This document shows, piece by piece, positions 19,289-33,412 of a DNA stretch of 64,000 nt. The stretch's first letter is position 1. The number at the start of each line of letters is the position of its first letter. Both the position numbers and the translations under genes were made by a program. The stretch is from positions 352,001 through 416,000 of the forward strand of contig CM000434.1 in NCBI GenBank assembly GCA_000165345.1, in the 5' to 3' direction. The notes under the pieces are model-generated. The model did no database searches, was not told the origin of the DNA, and saw nothing but the letters and a program-made list of their open reading frames with translations.

Positions 19289-19296
19289 GCATGCAA
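19289..19296. promoter_or_regulatory. TGCATGCA palindromic element in the divergent EXO1 / eIF4G-like intergenic region
   Basis: An exact 'tgcatgca' sits within 'gctttgcatgcaaaata', about 125 bp upstream of the EXO1 ATG. This octamer is a known over-represented upstream motif in apicomplexan genomes. The neighbouring block 19550-19880 is locally GC-richer and contains 'ctgcgcgcc'. Confidence 0.25.
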
Positions 19297-19879
19297 AATA
19301 AGCTAGAACAAAATATGGAAAAATAGGTCAATTTAGCTTTAAGTAACAATATACTCTCTGCGCTTAATTATGAATACCTTGCTAAAAATAGTAAAAATCA
19401 GATATACTTGTGATTATATACATCATTTACAACAATTCAAATTTTAATCTTTTCATATAAAAATAAACTACTCGTCATTTTGCGCTAAGACTTTTTTTTA
19501 ATTTAGAAAACATGTTTTGACTAATTAATATTTAGAATTTAGATGTCTCAGACGGTGCCCTGCGCGCCACAGTAGACACGATATTATAAAGCAAGAGGGG
19601 CAAGGTATAAGTGGCTCGATTATGTTACTTGCTGACTTGTAAGGAGGTAATAAAATATCGGTTTTCTATCATCGCCGCGTATGGAAGCTCGTAAAACCAT
19701 TTTTATAAGAAACACATTTAATCATCATTTTTTTTAAAGATTTAATATTTGGAGAGGCTGATCTGTGGTGAGAGTCAGGTTCCAAAGGTCCACTCATAGA
19801 AGGCTTGCTTCTTATTTTGAAACAAGTGAAGTGTCACCTTCATATTCACTTCTAAAGGACTTCACAGGAACTTTCAAAA

Positions 19880-23410
<3,531 letters not shown>

Positions 23411-23814
23411 TTGAATATATAGCTTCCAAACGTCAAACATATCTTTAACAGGTTGAATATTCATCTGATCATGTTGAAATACTTAAAAGCTTATGTATAA
23501 CATACTTTTGATTATTTATTTAATTAGAAAAAAAAATTAGTATTAACGTGCTTCTTTAATATTTGAATTAAATTCTTTGAACCTATTCTCTTAAAAGTTT
23601 TATTCGAATTGTGATAATTATGAATTTAGTAATTCTTTTCTTACTTCGACTCTTCAACTGCGCGGATATTGCGAAAATGATTTACCATTTTTGCTGAGGG
23701 TGGTTGTGAAAAAATTAAAGTAATTTGCTTACATCCTTTTGTACAAAATCAATTACTAAGTGAATTATTATTATAAATGGTATATAAACGCAACTAAATG
23801 CAAAGGCGATAATT

Positions 23815-24123
23815 ATGAATCGCCCAAAATATATTTCAAAACTCAGGAGAAAGACAATCATTATAGAAAAGAATCGCTCACAGACAATAAATGAAACAAT
23901 TAAATCCAGTTTGAACATAAAAGATGAACTTTCGGATGTGAGCTGTACTAGAATAGATACCGAATGTGAACTTAAAAACCAAAAAGATAAACCTTCAAAA
24001 GTTGATGGCCATGATGAAATAAATAGAAAACTCGATTACTTAAGGTGGAAAGAGAGAGAATATAAGAGGTTGAAAGGGGAGTACTTTGATTATATGGTTA
24101 ATTCTAAATGCAACCATACTTAA
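23815..24123 (+). CDS. Small hypothetical ORF (102 aa, basic/charged), the only ATG-initiated ORF in a 2.2-kb ORF-poor spacer. Coding status is uncertain.
   Basis: ATG start at 23815. The composition is Lys/Arg/Glu-rich rather than the Phe/Ile/Leu/Lys noise of AT-rich non-coding sequence. There is no recognisable domain. Confidence 0.15.
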   Translation: MNRPKYISKLRRKTIIIEKNRSQTINETIKSSLNIKDELSDVSCTRIDTECELKNQKDKPSKVDGHDEINRKLDYLRWKEREYKRLKGEYFDYMVNSKCNHT

Positions 24124-25612
24124 AAAATTTACCTTAACTGCAAAATATTTAGTAAAATTGAAGATTCGAAACTTTAAATATTATTTTGAGAGGTATAAAT
24201 ATTTTACTAAATAGTAATCAAAAAAATATAATGGTATTTTCTCAAAAATACTTCCACAATTGGATTTAAATAATTGATTTTCTTATTTAAAAATCTAAAA
24301 TTTGTTTGGTATTCATCTTTTTTGTTCAATTTTAATAAGGAAAATTCATTATCTCTATTCCAGATGTTGTTTTCCGATATTTAAAAAAATGTTTTTCAAT
24401 AATTTTTTTGGAAAAATATTAAATATTAAAAAAATAACGATTTATTTTTTTTATATAATTTAAAATTTTCTTATTTTTATATGAAAATGGTCTTCAAACG
24501 ATCTCCCTAAAAATTTTATGAGATGATTCATCACTGAATTTCAAAAAATTATCGAATTGAGTCAATGTTCTATAAATTTTCAGTTGAATAATTATTAATT
24601 CAGTCGAAATCTTTGATTTAGAAACTTTGGTTATAATTTAAAGAATAGATAATTGCTGTCTTTTATGATTCAGTTTTAAAGCAACGATGGAGGCTAAATT
24701 TGCTAACTTGTAAACACCCATGAAACAAGAATAATAAATTTATTATTTTCTAGATAATCAGCTCAAGAGAAATATATCAAATCAAAAAGAGATAAATTTG
24801 TCCGGAGCATGTTAAATGCCACTTTATATATGAATTACTTGTTTAACTAGATTCGTTTTTACTAGTTTTAACCTATATTCTTCTATCTTTTAAAAATAAA
24901 GTTACAAACAGCATAAAAATTCCTTAACTCTAAATTGCTTAAAATAATTATACAAGATTCTAGAAAAAAACAGTACACTTGTTATTTTTAATATTGTTCA
25001 AATATTTTAGGGCTAAGCAACTCATTGTTGCACGATTATAAATTAAAGCTTTAAAATTGATCCAGTTTTTCTCCATATTTTGTCGCAATTTCAAAATAGG
25101 AGTCTTTGATATTTCAGCATTAGTTAAATGTCATTCATTCTCTTATGAAAGAAATAACTTCTTTTTGAAGGAAATCAAGATTTTAAGACATACTAGTTTC
25201 AATTTTCCAATATTTTATTCCTTACAAATCTCTAAAAAGTGTAAATCTAAACTTATATTTATAAACTTTAATAAGTTATTTATATTTTTAGATTCTTAGA
25301 ATAAATTAATAAATTTATTATAGAAAATTTGTACTCTAAAGGCTATTACATTGATTTTATTCCATTCAAGCAACCGTGCGCATGTCATTGCTTTTAAGTT
25401 ACAGCTGTTGGCGGTAATAAATCTGTATGTGGAAGTTTATTTTTACTGGATATTGTGCAAATATTGTGATCTACTCCACGAAAATAATAAATTATTAAAT
25501 ATTATTGGCCAAGCTTGTTTTTATTAAACTATTTCATATATGTTTCAAACAACTTAATCAGTCTAAAGCGGTCTAAGTTACTTATTTAATCAATATTAGT
25601 TACAAAGTAATT

Positions 25613-26962
25613 ATGGTAGGTAGGATACCAAGAACAAAACATGGAGAAAACCACTCTTCGTCTTGCCCAAGCGCTGAAAATGTGACTATTAATGCTGATA
25701 AAAAATCAATTTCTAATAAGTGTTGCAATAAAATTAAATGTAGTTGTACCTCGTTTTTATGGAAGGGTGTAAACATGGACTTAGGAACTTCGGATGAAGG
25801 AATGTATGGAGAGACTAGGGAAAAAGGCTTGAGAAAAATATTTTTAAAAATGGCTAAGTATGGAATGGATAATACTTCAATTCTATTAGATATAGGATCT
25901 GGTAGGGGAGTCCCAAATATTGTTGCATCATTTCAGAATAGTTTATTTTCAAGTATTGGTATTGAACTTGATGAGAAGGCATTTTTTTTATCTCTCTCAA
26001 ACCATCTGCATATTTTGGAATCTAGAAAGAACTCATATGAAAATTCTAACATTGAAAATTCTAATATTTCTTCAGACTTTACAGATTCGAAAGTAAATAA
26101 GAATAACAGTATTGGGTTCTTTAAAGGCGACGCGACTATATTAGAAACTTTTGAACCAGTTACTCATATTTACTCTTTTGACGCTGCAATGCCCATTTGG
26201 ATGATTAAAAGGTTTGTTGATCTGTTCAATGCGAGTAGGACTACGTACTGTTATGTTTCATTTAGAAAGGACTTAGTTGAGACACTTGATATTAAAGCAA
26301 AAAGAATTCATGGAATTTCTACTCAAATGATGGGCTCTGGGGAAGGCCGTATGTGTTGGCTATATCTTAAAAATGACTGGAAAGAAATTAAAGAATTTGC
26401 ATGGATACAAATCTGCGATAAATACAATAATGGAAAAAGCTGTGAATCATTTGATTTGACAAACCTAACAGACATTGACAAAATTATTCGTTTTTCTATT
26501 TGTAGCTCTAGTCTCCAAATGGACTTAATTAATAAAACCTTAAACTTTTGGTTCAATAATAGAAAATCGAGAAGAGAGTGTTTGACAGAAAGAAAGGTTA
26601 TTAACCAAAGGCATAAAGAGCTAAAACAACTATATATACAAGAGAAACTAATCAAAGATGATGCAAACCAACTGACGCTCGAAGATGTTGGCGTCAAGAT
26701 AGCATCAAATACGCGTTCTAACAATTCAAATAAGAATACGAGAAAAAATAAAACAGATTTTGCGACAAAAAGTCCTGAATGCAATACAAAAAATAAGAAT
26801 AAATCTTATGTAGATGGTATTTCAGGAAATCTTAAAAATGAAAATAGTTCACAAACGCAACCAACAATAAAAATAATGGATCCATCAAATTTGTCTCCTA
26901 AAAAAAGTAGAGCTAAACGAAAAGTTGCAGACGCAATAAAGCGCGTTGAAATAACAATATGA
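25613..26962 (+). CDS. Class I SAM-dependent methyltransferase, DOT1-like (candidate H3K79-type lysine methyltransferase), with a basic Lys/Arg/Asn-rich C-terminal extension
   Basis: Motif I 'LLDIGSGRGVPNIVASFQNSLFSSIGIELDEKAF' aligns to DOT1L '[38 protein letters not shown]'. 'GFFKGDATILETFEPVTHIYSFDAAMP' aligns to DOT1L '[30 protein letters not shown]'. The family assignment is tentative. Confidence 0.4.
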   Translation: MVGRIPRTKHGENHSSSCPSAENVTINADKKSISNKCCNKIKCSCTSFLWKGVNMDLGTSDEGMYGETREKGLRKIFLKMAKYGMDNTSILLDIGSGRGVPNIVASFQNSLFSSIGIELDEKAFFLSLSNHLHILESRKNSYENSNIENSNISSDFTDSKVNKNNSIGFFKGDATILETFEPVTHIYSFDAAMPIWMIKRFVDLFNASRTTYCYVSFRKDLVETLDIKAKRIHGISTQMMGSGEGRMCWLYLKNDWKEIKEFAWIQICDKYNNGKSCESFDLTNLTDIDKIIRFSICSSSLQMDLINKTLNFWFNNRKSRRECLTERKVINQRHKELKQLYIQEKLIKDDANQLTLEDVGVKIASNTRSNNSNKNTRKNKTDFATKSPECNTKNKNKSYVDGISGNLKNENSSQTQPTIKIMDPSNLSPKKSRAKRKVADAIKRVEITI

Positions 26963-27400
26963 ACCTATTTACGAACTGTCAGACTAAATTGTTCAACTTT
27001 TCGCGCAAAACTATTTACTATCATTCAAAATTCGCGTTTTAGATCTAAAATAGCATTCCTATATTCTTTACTGTTTGAATAGACAACTTTAATTTTTTGT
27101 TAATTATCATTTTGCTCTTGGTATAGTGCAGAACCTTCTTAAACTATGGGCATGATCTTAGGTGTTACAAATATTGGGCCAAAAGGTTCAATTTGTTTTT
27201 AATTACATATTTATACGTATTCTGGAAGCTTAATGCATTTACCCATTTGAAGGAAATCTAAGAAATATTTTTACCTTTTGCAGCTATAAAAAGTCTTAGT
27301 GCGTTCTCTCAAAATGTTCTAACATATAAACGCCTAAATAATTTCTATAGAATTTTTGAAACAATATCGCTTAAACTATTCCTCCAAATTGAATTACAAA

Positions 27401-28486
27401 TTAAGAATTCTGAACAGATAAATTAATGGGCTCAGAAGTTCCATTATCTAGTGGAAGATGCCCTGAAGTATCTACTTCGCTATTAATAATACAATCCTTT
27501 TCGCCAATGCCTGATTTGGCTCCACATCCAGCATTCACCTGAAACTTGTCGCTTTCTAATTCTTTATCATTATCCAGATCATTTGATTCACATATATCTG
27601 AGATTTTATTAGAAAGTTCGTTGCTATTTTTTTCCTTAATGCCGTTCTTTGTTTCGCTTGAATCTGAAGCCCCAGAAGCCAAACACATTCGTAGTATTCT
27701 TGCAGCATTTTCTTTAGATATAGATTTCCTACTAGGTTTAATCAATTTTTTCTTGGAAGAGGAATCGCATGAAGATCTTTTTGAGCTTTCATAAATCTCA
27801 TCTCTTGTTCTGTTCAATTCTCCCAGATTTATGCTATCATTAATGTTAGCTAATACTTGATCAAACTTTACAGATGTAACTGCGTTGTTTTTTTTCTTAC
27901 ATCCCCTTTTAGATACACTTCTTAAAGCCTTGTTTTCCTTTTCATGTAATTCTGATTTATAAAATGCATTGAGGTCGCAAATAACTTTTTCTATCGCTAT
28001 TAAATTCAAATTGTTGGTTTCAAATGGGGCTAGAATGACTTGGTATGGGCTGAACTCCTCTATAGTGGTGCATTTCAAAATATTGATCCAGTGCCACCTA
28101 AATTGTTCCTCTGTAAATTCTAAGCAGCCACTATTTTTCGAATCAAATAAAAAAGTCAAAATAGAGCATAGCCTCCTCATCTCTTTAGAAATGGAAGATA
28201 TTGATGAAGGTTCTGGCTTTAGACAAATAAAACCTGGTCTTTCAAATTCAGACTGGTTTCTTGAATAGGCTTGGTCGCCAGAGAATAATTGATCGATAGA
28301 AGGCTCTTTTCGAGTATTAATACTTAACATTAACTCACATCTTTGTTTGCCTTCTATTTTATCTAAATTTTTTGAATCTATTGTATTTTTATCGTTGATA
28401 TTCAATTTTTGCTCAGTTCTGGAACTGTTAATTAAGGAGGCAGAGTTGTTTTCATCATTAAAATAATTTGTTTCTCTTGGAAGCAT
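27401..28486 (-). CDS. Hypothetical protein (361 aa), Ser/Asn/Lys-rich with a central globular segment. I do not recognise a family.
   Basis: ATG-initiated long ORF with no stop codons. Its composition is protein-like rather than AT-noise. The central segment is 'GFICLKPEPSSISSISKEMRRLCSILTFLFDSKNSGCLEFTEEQFRWHWINILKCTTIEEFSPYQVILAPFE'. An E2F-like 'aaaggcggaaag' lies about 155 bp upstream (28640-28651). Confidence 0.45.
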   Translation of the reverse strand: MLPRETNYFNDENNSASLINSSRTEQKLNINDKNTIDSKNLDKIEGKQRCELMLSINTRKEPSIDQLFSGDQAYSRNQSEFERPGFICLKPEPSSISSISKEMRRLCSILTFLFDSKNSGCLEFTEEQFRWHWINILKCTTIEEFSPYQVILAPFETNNLNLIAIEKVICDLNAFYKSELHEKENKALRSVSKRGCKKKNNAVTSVKFDQVLANINDSINLGELNRTRDEIYESSKRSSCDSSSKKKLIKPSRKSISKENAARILRMCLASGASDSSETKNGIKEKNSNELSNKISDICESNDLDNDKELESDKFQVNAGCGAKSGIGEKDCIINSEVDTSGHLPLDNGTSEPINLSVQNS

Positions 28487-28882
28487 ATTTATGAAGTGCG
28501 CATATTACTCACAAAAAGAGCAATCTAATTAAAAAATGATTATTAGAAAACATTTATTTCATTATTTTGGGTGGTTATTTTAACTTTTCACAAAATTTTG
28601 CCGGTTACTAAAATTTAACTGCAGATAAAATTCTACATCAAAGGCGGAAAGAAAAACTAATCGATATGAACTCAAATCAACGAAAAAAACAAAATTATTC
28701 TACAATCATTAACGATGTGAATAAACGCTTATCCTAATTCACTAATTTATAAATATTCTAGACATATAATTTTCTTTTTTCTTTTTGTACTTTTTATACT
28801 TGTCCAAATTATTTTCTCACATTCTTAAACTCAGTCTTTCAATAAAATACTAATTTAACCGAGTAAAATTTTTTTTATAATT

Positions 28883-29152
28883 TCAATTGTTCAATAAAGG
28901 TCTCATTTCAACTGAAGAAAAGTTATTTGTTGCCCAAATTTTTTTTTTGAAAATCTGGATAATACAGTAGATGAACAACCCCATATAGCATGTACCTGTT
29001 AATAGTAATGCTACAGAGTCAGCAATATTGTGTTCTGATGGCAACTCTAAAAGCAAAATTTTAAAAAAGTATAAGCCGCCCATAATTAGACTTATAATAC
29101 CATTCGAACCACTAACAAGTGCCATCATACAAAATGCAGTATAGGAATTCAT
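28883..29152 (-). CDS. Small two-TM membrane protein (89 aa), possibly DPM2-like (dolichol-phosphate-mannose synthase regulatory subunit)
   Basis: ATG start. Two hydrophobic helices flank 'LLELPSEHNIADS'. This weakly resembles DPM2 'ILLPFIDSQHVIHKYFLP' between its two TMs. The size fits DPM2 (about 84 aa). Confidence 0.3.
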   Translation of the reverse strand: MNSYTAFCMMALVSGSNGIISLIMGGLYFFKILLLELPSEHNIADSVALLLTGTCYMGLFIYCIIQIFKKKIWATNNFSSVEMRPLLNN

Positions 29153-29889
29153 ATTCGTTATTTAGCTATATTAATATTGTAACGTTTGATTTTAACTTTG
29201 TTAAAGTAGAAATTAGCTTAAATGAACTTTTGAGTAGTGATAAAAATTGTATTAATATATATAGTAACTCTTTCCATATGCAAGAATTAGGTAAAATAAA
29301 GGTATGAAAACACGAATTACTCTAAATATATCAAATTGATTGCTCAACTCTGAATCTACTAGCTCATATCAAGGATTTCTCATAAAGCTGGTACACTTCT
29401 CTATTATATAGTTACTATTTAAACATTTGTACTTTATGGAATGAAAATTGTGTTCTTATCAGCTCTTCTAAATAATATTATAATTATTCCGATCAATTAG
29501 ATCCTATTAGGTACATGCCTAAAACGATTCTCCCCAATAAATCTCACAGAGCGGCATATTTTGGCGGTTTTTTGCACAATAAACTTGTGCAAATAGAAGT
29601 AATATAATAAGGCAATGGTACCAATAATAGATTTTTCGTAAATATAATAATTTCATAATAATTGGGAAAAATTCCATTGTTATATCGCTTATTTAATTTA
29701 TACAGAATTTTTCATAATTTTATTGATTTCCTTACCCTTGAACTGAATTTGGATCAATTTAAGAACCCCCCATATTGCCGCACTAATGGAAAGTGACCCC
29801 CGTCTCATTTATTTGTCAAAATAACACTAACAGTCAAGTTACTTCTTATTATTCGGAGAATAAGTACTGTTAAACCATCGTTTTATAAT

Positions 29890-30438
29890 ATGCTATTTCC
29901 AACAGTTTTGTGGGCACAAACTAAAAAGGCACTTTTTGTCACAGTTGACCTGCCTGATCTCAAAGATTACAAAGTTGAGCTGGAAGAGCAATACTTGAAG
30001 TTCCATGCCAATGTAGAAAATAATGAATATGAATTTAGACTAGATTTTTTGAAGCCTATTAATAAGGAGGAAAGTAGGTATCAAGTTACTAGATCTCTCC
30101 ACTTTATGATAACAAAAAAAGAAGAGGAACGTTGGAGTTCTATTGTAAAAGATTCCTCGAAAACAAAGAACTGGCTTAAATGTGACTGGAATAGATGGAT
30201 AGATACTGATGAAGAGGAAAACCCGTCCAGTAAGTTTGACATGTTCGGCGGAATGGATGGGATGATGGGTGGAATGGGTGGAATGGGTGGATTTGACTTG
30301 AGCCAACTTGGTGATATGAGTGGTATGGGGGATATGAATTTCGATGAAGATGACGTTCCTGATGATGAAGACGATGAAGAGCCCAAGGGAGAGCCAGATT
30401 GTTCTAATAAATGTTGTGATTCTGAACACAAACATTAA
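29890..30438 (+). CDS. p23/Sba1-type Hsp90 co-chaperone (CS domain) with a Gly/Met-rich tail followed by an acidic tail
   Basis: 'MLFPTVLWAQTKKALFVTVDLPDLKD...WLKCDWNRWIDTDEEE' matches the p23 CS domain ('PAVLWAQRESVLYLTIEV...WLSVDFNNWKDWEDD'). The tail is 'MFGGMDGMMGGMGGMGGFD' followed by 'DEDDVPDDEDDEE'. Confidence 0.8.
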   Translation: MLFPTVLWAQTKKALFVTVDLPDLKDYKVELEEQYLKFHANVENNEYEFRLDFLKPINKEESRYQVTRSLHFMITKKEEERWSSIVKDSSKTKNWLKCDWNRWIDTDEEENPSSKFDMFGGMDGMMGGMGGMGGFDLSQLGDMSGMGDMNFDEDDVPDDEDDEEPKGEPDCSNKCCDSEHKH

Positions 30439-31036
30439 ATAAAACTCTAACATAAATACAGTAGTATCTTGATTAGTATCAAAATTAGCAAAGAATTCAT
30501 ACTAAATAGGCTACTATCATATATTTATCTATTGATATTCTTATCTTCATTATAGTCAGTTCATTTTTTTATTCGGTCCTTTTAAACAATTTTTCTGTCA
30601 TACCAAATAACCAGTTTTTGAGGTTTTGGTCTACGGCTTTCATTTGGGTCAACCTAAAACTTTAAAACCCTATGTTTCATTTTTTCCGGCAGATATTATC
30701 GGAGTCACAAATTTCCATAATTATTCTGGCATTTTAGAGCAAATTATATTTTATTCATTTAGTGAAATTTAGATTCTGACACAAAATCTAAACATGAAAA
30801 GCATCCAACAGTTAATTGGATTAATTCTATTAATTATTCATTGGAAAAACTCTCAGTTTTATATGTAAAATAATGGACTAATGTTATTCTATGAATGCTT
30901 GTACGACAAATTTTAAAAAAATACTTTTGCTGTCTTGAAAAAAAAAGAACTCGTCAAATTAAATCTATTTTGCCGAAAAATAATCATTAATATAATATTT
31001 TAAAATATATATTATTAAAACATTCATAATATTAAG

Positions 31037-32140
31037 TTAATAAATTTGTTCCCCAATCATTTTTGATGGAAATGATAAATTTCCATATAAAATAACTAAC
31101 TTTCTGGCCCTTGCCTTACCAATCTTACGGATGCAGAAACCCTTGGAGCAAAAATATGAAATATTGGCAAGCTCACTAAACCAAGAAGAATTTTCAATGT
31201 CTAATGTGCTGGAATGTCCATATAAACTCTCAAAGAACAGACTTGGCTTGCTTGAAATTAATCCCTGCCTAGCTATATTGTCTGTTATAAACCTAATTAA
31301 TTCTTTTGGGGTTTTGAAAGCATTTTCTATTCCTCTTGCAGAGTCATCAGAGAGTCCAGGTATCTGCATAATTTGAGTAATCCATGGATTACTATTTGTT
31401 CCTGATGTATTTTTTGGCTTGTACTTTGAGGAAATAGGTCTTTTTTGGACTTCATGTAAACCTGAAATAATACTTAACAAATATTGGCTTGCCTCAAATT
31501 CGTTTTTCGCCTCAAAACTATCAATTGAATAATCGACCAACAAATTGGTTATGCATTTATCTAAGCATGAACTGTCAATAAACTTTTGTTTTTGCCTATT
31601 ATTATTGTCTTCAGCTCCAATATCAGATTGTAATTCTATAATTTCCTTGCTAAATAATGACTCCTGAGACAAACAATCTCTTATACCTATCCAAACAACT
31701 ACACAACGTGTCCCCACAATTGAAGCAAACTTTTTAGCTTGAAAAAATAACAAGTCAATGACAATGTGCCCAAAATAATCTTTAATATCAAGCTTATTTA
31801 AACTGGTTATTTTGTCATATACATCAATTGAAACAAAAAATATTATTACCGACGGCTTTTTGTTACTTAATGAAATTCCTAAGTTTTTTGATGTTTTTAT
31901 CCTCCTTATTTTGTCCAAGTGGGATTCGTATTCAAATTTGGGATAAAGATTGCAGTGCGGAATCAAATTATTGTAAAAAGTCTCTTGAGAATATCCTTCA
32001 ATTAAATAATTTGTAGGATTATTTTCTTCTGATCGAGTAATTCCATATTCATGGAAGGATTTTATAATGTGTGGCCCTATTCCATATTTGTTTGAGCTTT
32101 CAGATAGCTTTATATATAATTTATCTGTTTCCCAATCCAT
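31037..32140 (-). CDS. ERCC4-fold / HhH2 protein, possibly an EME1/Mms4-like non-catalytic partner of Mus81 (tentative)
   Basis: The central segment 'SVIIFFVSIDVYD...GHIVIDLLFFQAKKFASIVGTRCVVVWIGIRD' resembles an ERCC4 nuclease-like fold that lacks the catalytic ERK motif. The C-terminal 'IPGLSDDSARGIENAFKTPKELIRFITDN' resembles the (HhH)2 of Mus81/EME1 ('IPGVS..KA.AI...Y.TP..L..A'). Confidence 0.35.
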   Translation of the reverse strand: MDWETDKLYIKLSESSNKYGIGPHIIKSFHEYGITRSEENNPTNYLIEGYSQETFYNNLIPHCNLYPKFEYESHLDKIRRIKTSKNLGISLSNKKPSVIIFFVSIDVYDKITSLNKLDIKDYFGHIVIDLLFFQAKKFASIVGTRCVVVWIGIRDCLSQESLFSKEIIELQSDIGAEDNNNRQKQKFIDSSCLDKCITNLLVDYSIDSFEAKNEFEASQYLLSIISGLHEVQKRPISSKYKPKNTSGTNSNPWITQIMQIPGLSDDSARGIENAFKTPKELIRFITDNIARQGLISSKPSLFFESLYGHSSTLDIENSSWFSELANISYFCSKGFCIRKIGKARARKLVILYGNLSFPSKMIGEQIY

Positions 32141-32178
32141 TTAGTGAAGCAAAAGACTTCAGAATATTTAGCGCTGCT

Positions 32179-32197
32179 AAAAAAAAAAAAAAAAAAA
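32179..32197. promoter_or_regulatory. Homopolymeric poly(dA:dT) tract (19 nt) about 40 bp upstream of the ERCC4-like gene start. Likely a nucleosome-excluding promoter element.
   Basis: The sequence is 'gctgctaaaaaaaaaaaaaaaaaaatcgg'. It is the longest A-run in the window and sits in the 319-bp spacer between two minus-strand genes. Confidence 0.3.
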
Positions 32198-32459
32198 TCG
32201 GAAATATAAAAATAAATGGAAACTTAAATTTTGCAAAAAAAATTTATTGGAGAAATGAATCAATTTTAGATTTGAATTCATCATATGAATACTTAATGCT
32301 GAGTTTCATAAATTGAAAATTTATATTGTGTAAATTTTCAAAACTAAATGGCATGTCATTGTCTATTAGATCGGATAAATCGTGATCTGAGTTGCAATAT
32401 CGGACGTTAAACAATCGCTCTCTGCATTTGTCAAAGTTTTAAATCATTTTATTAGAAAC

Positions 32460-33152
32460 TTACATGCTACGCTCTAATTCATCTTTAATATATGAAATGC
32501 TTCGTGAAGTAATTAGATCTGATTTATTGAATAATATTAGCACTCTGTATATCTGTTTTTTTGTTTCGGAATCATTGTTCGAGTAAATTTTAATATTGTG
32601 AATTTCTCTAATAATTGAAAACAAAATTTCCGCAGCATCTTTAAAAGACGATTTGTCGTTACTATCAATTACAAAAATTATTGAAACAGAGTTATTGAGA
32701 TATTTCAGAATAAAATCATTAATAATTCTTCTGTTCCCAGGGATGTCAACCAAATATCTGTTATCTTTTATTCTTGTCACTCCAGGAACAATAGAAGTTG
32801 TTGTTCTTGTTGTTTTATTTTTTTTTACCTAGATGCAATTAAAGATAACTTAGAATAATTAGAAAATTACCTTATAGAATAGTGTGGTCTTTCCCGATCC
32901 AGAAGGACCAATTATGAGTGAATAAATATTCTGTGACTTTGTACCTTGGATGCTAAATAAAATAATGCTAATTATATAATTAGCTAAGTAAATTCCAATA
33001 TCAATAAACTTAAGGGAATGGAGTAGAGAGACTCCTATCACTATAGCTATTGTGTAAAATAATAGTTCCCAAAACATTTTTAATATAATCAAATTTGAAG
33101 ATAGTATCAAATTAAACAGCTTAAAATTGACCGCCTGAAGGTAATAAATCAA
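32460..33152 (-). CDS. Signal recognition particle receptor beta subunit (SR-beta). Two exons: 33152..32871 and 32828..32460, with a 42-nt intron at 32870..32829.
   Basis: Exon 1 has an N-terminal TM anchor plus the P-loop 'IIGPSGSGKTTLFYK'. Exon 2 has 'TTSIVPGVTRIKDNRYLVDIPGNRRI...IIFVIDSND...LFNKSDL' (G3 DxPG and G4 NKxD). Human SR-beta reads 'LLLGLCDSGKTLLFVRL...TQTSITDS...LIDLPGHESLR...FVVDSA...ACNKQD'. The intron is 'GTAATTTTCTAATTATTCTAAGTTATCTTTAATTGCATCTAG' (GT..AG, phase 0) and contains an in-frame TAA. Exon 2 has no ATG; the ORF-track 'M' is GTG. Confidence 0.7.
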
Positions 33153-33412
33153 ACTTTCTTAAAATAGATTGAAAATAATTAATCATCAAATAATGAAATT
33201 GTATGTATATCCACGCTCTAATAGATTTAGCTACATTATAAACATAAATAGTTTAGTTTATTTGAACAGCAATCGAATTTTTGTTCTGGGCTTTGTATTT
33301 GCATTCCTAAATATCAGTCAACTATAGAATTGTTCCCGCAATTTGTGTGAATGGACTGTATGCACATGCAACATAGCTTAAACAGTAAAATTTAGCCATT
33401 ATTTGAATAATA

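Noticed and set aside
25057-25299. 80-aa ORF in the 2.2-kb spacer
   Set aside because: Its composition is almost entirely Phe/Ile/Leu/Lys/Asn/Ser ('MIQFFSIFCRNFKIGVF…'), as expected from random AT-rich sequence. It has no motif and is far shorter than neighbouring genes.
32859-32861. Treating 32859..33152 and 32460..32780 as two separate small genes
   Set aside because: The downstream ORF has no ATG (GTG in the track). Together the two halves reconstitute a single SR-beta GTPase (P-loop in one, DxPG/NKxD in the other). A canonical 42-nt GT..AG intron joins them in frame.
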